A stretch of 64,000 nt of DNA from an uncultured Alphaproteobacteria bacterium (GTDB lineage: Bacteria; Pseudomonadota; Alphaproteobacteria; Rhizobiales; Xanthobacteraceae): contig CAWEMK010000001.1 in the NCBI GenBank assembly GCA_963810125.1, forward strand, positions 86,694 through 150,693. Reading direction: 5' to 3'. The notes beneath the pieces were generated by a model, which saw only the letters and a program-made list of their open reading frames with translations, was not told the DNA's origin and made no database searches. Made by a program: the position numbers and the translations under genes. Shown piece by piece: positions 57,554 to 64,000 of this stretch (position 1 is its first letter; every line of letters begins with the position of its first letter).

Positions 57554-58078
57554 GGTAGCGCCTTAATCCCGTTCCGGACTCCCGGAGGCTGTCACCAACC
57601 CAAAATGCACGACCTAAGGGCCGCAGCGCGGCTTACCTTGCGTCGTCTGAACAAAACCCGACTGTAGTTAAAGCAGACGCCGGGCGGGGGATCTGATGCC
57701 CCACTAACCGTTATTCTACTTTAAATACCGATTGAACAAAATGAGCCATGCGGCCATCCCGATTCTCCTGAGCGGCTCATTGGGCGTCATTGCTGCCCCG
57801 ATCTGTCGAATTCCACGGATTATTTTAACTTCGGCAACGGCTGGCCGAAACGCACCATTGGTTGCGCAGGCTGGGAATTGTCCCTCGCCTCGCCGGCCGG
57901 TGCGTTGCGCGACCGCATACGACATCCGCAGCGTGGATACCGATAAAGCCCCGCCTCCTTGAAATCATTCCGGCGCGGGCGCGCGACCGGGTTCCAAAAT
58001 TGTTTTGATGCGAGTGTGAGTTAGCTCACCATCGAAAGCATGAGCCGGTGGTACCGACCTTCATAACGGAGGTCGACC

Positions 58079-58252
58079 ATGCGTCACCGTACCCATGCTG
58101 ACCGACAGAGGCCGCGCCGGCATAGCGGCGAAAGCAATAACCGCACCGACACCGTCGTGGCGACGGTCTGGCTTGCGTTCTACGTACTGGCGATCGTCGT
58201 CGCGATTTCATCCCCGGCGATAACGCGGGCCATTGATCTGGCAGCTCGATAG
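58079..58252 (+). CDS. 57-aa small membrane protein (not in the >=60-aa ORF track)
   Basis: ATG 58079 is preceded by ggagg with 6-nt spacing. One TM segment (VVATVWLAFYVLAIVVAISS) follows an Arg/His-rich N-terminus. It ends 8 nt before the next gene. Confidence 0.45.
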   Translation: MRHRTHADRQRPRRHSGESNNRTDTVVATVWLAFYVLAIVVAISSPAITRAIDLAAR

Positions 58253-58260
58253 TCGCGGAC

Positions 58261-58755
58261 ATGCGGGTGAAGACACACCAGATCAGCTACTTTCTCGCGC
58301 TGTGCGAGGAGCAAAGCTTCACCCGTGCGGCCAGGCGCTGCGGTGTCGCGCAGCCGTCGCTGACGCGCGCGATCCAGGAACTCGAAAGCGAGTGCGGCGG
58401 CCCGCTGTTCGAGCGCGGAAAATCAAACGTCAGCCTGACCGGGCTGGGACACCATGTGAAACCCGACTTCGTGCGCATCGATCGCGCCCTCTCCGATGTC
58501 GCACGCAAAACCTCGGAATTCAAAACCCAATCTGAAGTGAAAGTAAATCCTGAAACAAGGGAGACGTACATGCGCGTTGTAGCCGTTACGGTCCTGGCAA
58601 TTGCGATCATCGCAATGGGCCTGGCACTACGTCCAACACCGTCCGCGACAGCGGCGGTAACCGAACAGACGAGCAATCAGGTCGATCCCTATGCGTTACA
58701 GTCGACGACAGACGCCAAGGAACTTCCTTGGCAAGCTCCAGCCAATCTTTTCTGA
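58261..58755 (+). CDS. membrane-anchored LysR-type HTH protein lacking the LysR effector-binding domain
   Basis: Residues 1 to about 85 are a LysR N-terminal wHTH (ISYFLALCEEQSFTRAARRCGVAQPSLTRAIQELESECGGPLFER). A single TM follows (VVAVTVLAIAIIAMGLAL) with a tail of about 45 aa. Total length is 164 aa. Confidence 0.7.
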   Translation: MRVKTHQISYFLALCEEQSFTRAARRCGVAQPSLTRAIQELESECGGPLFERGKSNVSLTGLGHHVKPDFVRIDRALSDVARKTSEFKTQSEVKVNPETRETYMRVVAVTVLAIAIIAMGLALRPTPSATAAVTEQTSNQVDPYALQSTTDAKELPWQAPANLF

Positions 58756-58781
58756 TTCTTTTTTTCTGATCTTACGCGTCG

Positions 58782-58817
58782 ATGGGAGATCGCTTGGAAA
58801 AGTGATCTCCCATTTTC
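58782..58817 (+). terminator. Rho-independent terminator
   Basis: Perfect 10-bp stem atgggagatc (58782-58791) / gatctcccat (58804-58813), a 12-nt loop, followed by ttt. It starts 27 nt after the stop at 58755. Confidence 0.65.
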
Positions 58818-59100
58818 GTCAGCGATACTATGGGTGGAAGTCGAGCAGACGCGCACACATACAATTTACCATTCGGCGATCAATCGAAAACCGGCACGAT
58901 TGGGTGTGAGCCGCTTCACGTAAGCCGCGCGCGGCTTGCGTTATGACGCACCACATCAAGCAGGACACACGGCGATGCTCAGAAACTTTTCCGAAAACTC
59001 CTTCTCCGACCGCGCATCGAATTCCGAAATACGCGGTCCCAATGGAAATGAGCGCGCGCGTGAAACAGTTGCGGAATCACAAATGCTGATGGAGAGAAAA

Positions 59101-59304
59101 ATGTCGTCGCAAACATTCACCTACACCAATGAACACCGCTCCAGTCTCGCGGGCTCGGCGTTGCTGACCTTTTTTCGTCATATCACTGGCGGACTCTCGT
59201 CCTTTGGAGCGTGTTTCATGGACGCGCTTCGCGAATCGCGGCAGCGTCAGGCCAATCAAGTCATTCGGCAATATCAGCACTTGATCGATCGCTCCGATGA
59301 TTGA
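59101..59304 (+). CDS. hypothetical small protein (67 aa)
   Basis: ATG 59101 is preceded by ggagag. It lies in ORF 58936..59304. A hydrophobic stretch (SLAGSALLTFFRHITGGLSSFGACF) is followed by a basic helix. The longer 122-aa form is not excluded. Confidence 0.35.
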   Translation: MSSQTFTYTNEHRSSLAGSALLTFFRHITGGLSSFGACFMDALRESRQRQANQVIRQYQHLIDRSDD

Positions 59305-59603
59305 ACGGCCAAGGACTCCTCGGGCCGAAACCATGATCGCGGCGGTCTCCAGCCTTGTATTCTGCTTATGCAAGCGGCGAGATTTGCCTATTTTTCCGAG
59401 CCTGGCGGTTTCGCCCCGGCTCGGTGGGCAGCTTGTGACCGCAGGATCCCGGCTATCATTGGCATTTCCGGCCTCTAATTGGGCGCCGGTCAGGGTCCGT
59501 GAAACGGTCCTGCTCATGAATGAATTCTTAAACTTCATTACCTACCATCCGGATACCGCCGAATGGAATGGCCCACGCAGGGCCGCTAAAGGCATCACAA
59601 GTC

Positions 59604-59813
59604 ATGTCTTCTAGCGACACAACCGAGAACACTGCGCACTGTCCTCAGTGCCGGACAGTCATGGTGCACGTCGCGGTAACACCGCATCCGGTCGTCCGGA
59701 CCATGCAGCGGAACACTTTCGTCTGCTACACATGCAAGCGAACGCGGACCTATATGTTGCCTGGCACCGTCCAACTCGAAACGCCCGCCAGCGGGGTTGC
59801 ACAGCGCGCGTAA
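59604..59813 (+). CDS. small zinc-ribbon protein (69 aa)
   Basis: Two CxxC pairs (CPQC ... CYTC) at zinc-ribbon spacing, within ORF 59568..59813. Confidence 0.4.
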   Translation: MSSSDTTENTAHCPQCRTVMVHVAVTPHPVVRTMQRNTFVCYTCKRTRTYMLPGTVQLETPASGVAQRA

Positions 59814-59846
59814 GTCATTTCCACTAACGATTATTGCCGACAATGT

Positions 59847-60089
59847 TTGATCGCAGACAAGATTTCTCGCCCCTCGACCCACCTACGCGGCCTCATCAAA
59901 TACGGCGCGGCCGGACAGCAAATGGCGTGTTCGGTTGAAAATCTGACATCGACCGGAGCCGGTCTTCATGTCGGCACGACGTTCGGATTGCCGCGGGTAT
60001 TTCAGTTGAGTATCGATGGCGAGCCGCAGGCCCGGCACTGCCGGGTCGTCTGGACGGAAGGCAAAAGGCTCGGCGTCTCATTTGAGTAG
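59847..60089 (+). CDS. PilZ domain protein
   Basis: 80 aa. Pattern ...SRPSTHLRGLI...CSVENLTSTGAGLHV...RHCRVVWTEGKRLGVSFE is typical of single-domain PilZ c-di-GMP receptors. Probable TTG start. Confidence 0.65.
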   Translation: MIADKISRPSTHLRGLIKYGAAGQQMACSVENLTSTGAGLHVGTTFGLPRVFQLSIDGEPQARHCRVVWTEGKRLGVSFE

Positions 60090-60115
60090 TCGAAACGCCG
60101 ACGGCTACCGCACGC

Positions 60116-60226
60116 TCATCCCATCATCACTCTGGCCCACGCAACGAACGCGTAGAATTGAGCCGGATAGGCGATGAAATAAAAGATCAACGCCGGTGGT
60201 GCCAACAAAAACAGCCATTCACGCAT
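60116..60226 (-). CDS. 36-aa hydrophobic micropeptide (not in the ORF track)
   Basis: ATG 60226 is preceded by aggag with 6-nt spacing. Sequence MREWLFLLAPPALIFYFIAYPAQFYAFVAWARVMMG. Lies downstream of the minus-strand PilZ gene. Confidence 0.35.
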   Translation of the reverse strand: MREWLFLLAPPALIFYFIAYPAQFYAFVAWARVMMG

Positions 60227-60332
60227 TGGCGGCTCCTGCGAACAGAAGCCCATTGTTCAAAATACTTACTTAGAAGTGCATAAAATGATGTATCGAGTTT
60301 TCGCCTAGCGTGATTCAATTTCACGGACAATC

Positions 60333-60575
60333 TTAGTCAAACGTGACGCCGATCTTGGTATCCGTTCTCCAGATCGACCGGCAGGCGCGGCGAACGCCTT
60401 CAATAATGACCTCGAAATTTGAGGGTATTCCATAGGTCGTCGACACCTGCAGGCAGGCCCCGGTGTCCGAAAGGTTGCGGACCGCGCAGTCGAGCTTCGG
60501 CGCCTTCTCGCTCAGAATGATTTGCGCATTCTTGAGGATTCGTTTGCGAAAGATGTCTTGTCGTTTTTCTTGCAC
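60333..60575 (-). CDS. PilZ domain protein
   Basis: 80 aa. RKRILKNAQIIL...CAVRNLSDTGACLQV...RACRSIWRTDTKIGVTFD gives an RxxxR-like motif plus the D/NxSxxG motif. Confidence 0.7.
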   Translation of the reverse strand: MQEKRQDIFRKRILKNAQIILSEKAPKLDCAVRNLSDTGACLQVSTTYGIPSNFEVIIEGVRRACRSIWRTDTKIGVTFD

Positions 60576-60763
60576 AGCCCGGCGCCCAGAATCAGTAATG
60601 CCCTAAGTGACTAGGCACATTGCCCAAAGTCAACAATCCGCCGCGCTGGAACCCACCAAGTCGGGCTCGTCTATATTTGCCGCTCCATGAAATGGGGGGC
60701 CGGATACAGGCCAACGGCTGGCCGTGCCGTTCGGATTACATATCCTATCCTAAAGTCTATCCA

Positions 60764-61435
60764 TCAAGCGGGCTTGTGGCCGAGCGCCGCGAGAGCTTCG
60801 TTCTTTCGTGCGAGCTCCTCTTCCAGCCGTTTGATGTTCTCGAACAGGCGTTCACTGGTCAGCCGCAGAAAATAAAATCCGAATTGCGGGTTCTGGAAAT
60901 AGAGCTCTTTCACCTGCTGGTAGCCCGCCGTCAGCACCTCGCCGTCTTCAAGGCATTCGATCGTCTGCGTTCGCCGGTTGCCCGGGGCGAGGAGACCGAG
61001 GTCGCCGAAGACCTGGCCGGCCGGAATTTCAATTCCAATTTCGGACAGCCGGTACCGGCCGCTCACGCTGTAATACATCGCGTCGGCCACATCGCCCTTA
61101 CGAAAGACAATATCGCCCTTGTGAAAGCTGCGACTTGCCATAAATGGTTTCAGCCAGTCGATCGACGTTTCTCCGTAAGATGCCGCCGCCTCCACGTCGT
61201 GAATCAGTTTCCGCATCTGGTGCAGGCGGACGGTATTCAGGGGTAGAAGAATTAAATTCAAAATCAGCGTCGGGTAAATCCCGCTGAAGAACCCATAGAT
61301 GATGAAGAGCGCATTGCATGTCATGCTCACGACGCGCAGAGGGATCATCGTCTTCATCGCGCACGTGACGATGCTGGATGCGACCGCCGCGTAGCCGAAC
61401 CACATCGGCCATTCGGTGTGCTTGAAAAATTCCAT
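60764..61435 (-). CDS. membrane protein with 3 N-terminal TM helices and a C-terminal cyclic nucleotide-binding domain
   Basis: TM block residues about 10-75 (WFGYAAVASSIVTCAM...LFIIYGFFSGIYPTLILNLILLPL). cNMP-binding fold (FHKGDIVFRKGD...GQVFGDLGLLAPGNRRTQTIEC). C-terminal coiled coil. Confidence 0.75.
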   Translation of the reverse strand: MEFFKHTEWPMWFGYAAVASSIVTCAMKTMIPLRVVSMTCNALFIIYGFFSGIYPTLILNLILLPLNTVRLHQMRKLIHDVEAAASYGETSIDWLKPFMASRSFHKGDIVFRKGDVADAMYYSVSGRYRLSEIGIEIPAGQVFGDLGLLAPGNRRTQTIECLEDGEVLTAGYQQVKELYFQNPQFGFYFLRLTSERLFENIKRLEEELARKNEALAALGHKPA

Positions 61436-62066
61436 ACTTATCCCCCAGGTCGGCTTCGTTCGTCCCAGTCCCCGTCGCCCCCGGCCATCAAGCCGGCATC
61501 AAGCCGTCGAAACCTAACACAGGCATGACCAGGGAAATAAGCACTCCCCGCCTCGTGCCGTCCGAATCGGGACGGATCGCCTGAATTCAAGCCTGCGTGG
61601 TGTAAGCGAAATCCGCGGTCAGCACGTATCCCTGAGGACATATTCCGCCCCCTGCCCCGGCGATGCTTTGGGTCTCGACGGTCGCGGGATTGGCTGCACC
61701 TGCGTTGCGGTCACGACGACGTAATGGTGCACGCACAAAACGCATGCGCGCACACAAAATTCCAAAAATTGTCGTTTTTGACAAAATCACGAGCGCGCTC
61801 GCCCAAGCGCTTTCGTTGCGAATCAATCATTTTGGGGATTCTACGAGTCGTTCAAAGCGCAATGTAAATGGCGCGTACCTGCCAGAACAAGTTAACAAAT
61901 CGGCGGTGCGATGCCAATGGAAAACCAGCTTGCAAAAAAGCTGCTGTGGAAAAAACTGTTTGAGAGTGTCAGATCTCCACCACTGGGGGTCGAATGCAAA
62001 AGCAAATCGTTCCTAACTCACACACCATTCATAACCGCGTCGCCAGGATCTGGCTTCGACTCCGGT

Positions 62067-62546
62067 TTGAAGTTTTCATTGCGGATCGCTGCGGTCTTGC
62101 TGTGCTCGTGTAGCATTTTGACGGAAGCGCGGGCTGAACGGTTTTCAATCAACGACGCGATTTCTCAGGCGGTGCTGACAAATCCAAGCATCGGCGAGGC
62201 CTCGGCAAACCGCCGTGCAACGGAGACCGAACTGCGCCAGACGCAGAGCACTTTGTTGCCGCAGGTGCGGCTGGAAGCGCGTGTCGGCCCCGAACGATTC
62301 ACACAGGACATCACTCCGCCACCTCTCGGCAATGGCCAGTGGTTGAACGGCAAATCGGGATCCGTGGTGGTGCGCCAAATTCTCTTCGATGGCCTCGCAT
62401 CGATCCACGACATCTGGCGCCAGGCTGCGCGCGTGAATGCTGCGTCATTCCGGGTCCGCGAGCGCTCTGAACTGACTGCGCTCGACGCGGCGGAGGCCTA
62501 TATCGATGTCGTCCGTTTTCTGCGCCTCGTTGCGCTCGCCGATCAG
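62067..62546 (+). pseudogene. TolC-family outer membrane factor, N-terminal fragment only
   Basis: Signal peptide (KFSLRIAAVLLCSCSILTEARA) and a TolC-type N-terminus (FSINDAISQAVLTNPSIGEA...LLPQVRLEA...AYIDVVRFLRLVALADQ). The reading frame then runs into unrelated antisense sequence and stops at 62567. Confidence 0.65.
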
Positions 62547-64000
62547 AAGGTGATTGTGCCTGCTTGAGTAGTTGTCGGAAATGAGGGGTCACCCGCATGT
62601 GAGCCTGCGGGCTCACTACCGCGTTGTCCGAGGCCCGCCTCAAATACTGACGTCTCGGGTTGGCCGGCCGGAGGAACGACAATTCCCCCCGGCGCTAAAT
62701 CACCGCCGACAATCGTCAACGTTGCGTGCGCGAGCGAGCCGTCAGCATCCTTGATGGTATAGGTGAAAACGTCGGTTCCACCGCCCACGACGCCGGTATG
62801 CGTATAGCTATAAGAACCATCCGCATTCAATGTCAGGGTGCCAAAAGCGCCTACAACCGCCACACCCACGGTGCCCGGATTGATGCCGCCCGCTGTGCCC
62901 CCAGCAGCGACGCCAACAACTGCACACCGCCATCAGCGCCGGATACATCTGCAAAGCCTGAGGTCGTGCCAGTGCCGGTAATGACATTGCCGGTTTCGGC
63001 CGTAGTTTGGCCTGTCGCAAACGCGTCCGTGTCGGCCACTGCGGTCGGCGCATCATCAGCTATAGTTATGACGAGGTTGGCGGATGGGTTGTGATCGCCA
63101 TCCGAATCGGTCACGACCACCGCAAAGCTTGCGGTCGGAACGCCAAGCGTGTTGTCGAGCAGCGTGTACGAATAGTAATCGCCCTGGATCGCATCGGAGC
63201 GTCGAGGCGAACCAGCCGTCAGAAAGCCCGTCGTCCCGTCGGGGATTGTCGTCGTGTCGCCTACATGCAGCGTTACGCCGCCCAGCGTGACCGAATTCCA
63301 CGCCGTCAGGCGACGTAAAACTAATCGTGCCTGGCCTCGTCGTGGTCTGAAACGCCGGACTTCCAGGATGCGTGCCCGCCAGACTCGCCAGCGCCGCGCG
63401 AGGCCAGAAGCCCCGCCTCAAAGACCTGCGTACCTGCACCGCCGGGCGGCGGAATGTTGATGATTAGCCCGGAACTCGCGATCGTTTGTGCCGGCGTGCT
63501 GAAAAGCTGCGCATGCGCGACAACGCCGAAATCGGCGTCAGTAACCGTGCTGCCGCGCCCAAAAATCCCCGACATCTCCTGTGCCATCAACGCCAGCGGC
63601 GACATGCTCCCGGGCAGAGAATCGATGGAGACATCACGGAAGTCGGCGCCACTCGACGGATCATTGGCGGGCAGAACGGATTGATCGTCGGTGATCGGAA
63701 CACTCTGCGCGAACTGCTCGCCATTGAGCGTGCGTCCGGCACTCAATTCAACATTGAGACTGGCGAGTGGCTTACCCGATAAATCAAAAAACGGTTCGGC
63801 GGTAACGGTGGATTGATTGTCGAACAGGATGACCAGCTTCGTGTCGACATGCACGAGCGTCATCTTCTCGTTCGCAACGGCCGAGAGATCGAGCTTGGCG
63901 CCGGCGCCGTCGTTGAGATCGAGAGTGATTGCCTGATCGCTTTGAGGCTTTGTCACTTTGACAACGTGCGATCGGACGAGATTGGCAAGTTGCGAACTGT
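62547..64000 (-). pseudogene. N-terminal part of a giant type I secretion repetitive adhesin (VCBS/cadherin-like repeats), multiply frameshifted and 3'-truncated; 5' end outside the window
   Basis: The frame is open to base 64000. Sequence continuity needs at least 3 frame changes (near 63380, 63290 and 62930). Typical motifs: GTLTLNADGSYSYTHTG, DVFTYTIKDADGS, VVVTDSDGDHNPSANLVITIADDAP. Confidence 0.65.

Noticed and set aside
55871-57667. Plus-strand ORFs 55871..56629 (252 aa) and 56666..57667 (333 aa).
   Set aside because: They are antisense to the cyclase-STAND gene. Their translations are Arg/Gly/Asp-rich shadow sequences.
57732-57962. 76-aa ORF with a hydrophobic N-terminus in the 0.5-kb gap upstream of the cyclase gene.
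   Set aside because: It has no SD, a non-ATG start and a Pro/Arg/Ala-rich tail. I cannot distinguish it from chance.
59077-59614. ORFs 59077..59538 (minus, 153 aa) and 59297..59614 (plus, 105 aa).
   Set aside because: They overlap the better-supported small ORFs and have no ribosome-binding site or motif. Their composition is not protein-like.
61587-61826. 79-aa minus-strand ORF ending ...GYVLTADFAYTTQA, considered as a remnant of a secreted or outer-membrane protein. The nearby inverted repeat TTGTC-N6-GACAA at about 61779-61794 was also noted.
   Set aside because: The N-terminal half is Arg-rich nonsense-like, no start signal is present, and no family is recognisable. The 5-bp inverted repeat is too short to be meaningful alone.

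Overview
High-GC alphaproteobacterial chromosomal window. Gene content looks like Nitrobacteraceae (Bradyrhizobium, Rhodopseudomonas, Afipia); this is inference from content only. I recognised no rRNA, tRNA, CRISPR array, transposase or integrase.

Layout from left to right:
- 1-10 kb: SDR fragment, a 5-gene LivHMGF-type ABC uptake operon, a DUF1445 hydro-lyase, a DapA-family aldolase and a large secreted hypothetical protein.
- 10.5-18.7 kb: a giant soluble poly-HAMP hybrid histidine kinase. It holds 11 tandem 276-bp units and is split by one extra base. A REC-PAS-HWE kinase-REC gene follows it.
- 18.9-24.5 kb: RND/MMPL transporter, Cys-rich secreted peptide, nucleoside deaminase, P450 and a DUF2147 protein.
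- 24.4-38.8 kb: hopanoid supercluster hpnN | dxs-ispH-hpnH-LTXXQ gene | shc-hpnE-hpnD-hpnC-hpnB. Genes are chained by ATGA overlaps, and an EcfG-type promoter sits in front of the embedded LTXXQ gene.
- 39-45.6 kb: DUF2336 protein, Cache-PAS-GGDEF-EAL protein, MFS transporter and a Crp/Fnr regulator.
- From about 45.6 kb, an accessory-looking stretch: patatin-like lipase, an AT-rich orphan gene with its own terminator, and a 2137-aa single-module type I PKS (KS-AT-DH-KR-ACP-TE) whose thioesterase carries Cys in the nucleophile position.
- Next comes a frameshifted SAM-cyclase-STAND ATPase-TPR gene, then a small-gene island. The island holds a membrane-anchored LysR HTH, a zinc ribbon, two PilZ proteins, micropeptides and a TM protein with a cNMP-binding domain.
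- Right end: a tolC fragment fused tail-to-tail to a decayed fragment of a giant type I secretion adhesin.

The most interesting items are the Cys-thioesterase PKS cassette, the poly-HAMP kinase, the stress-promoter-driven LTXXQ gene inside the hopanoid cluster, and the cyclase/cNMP/PilZ island.
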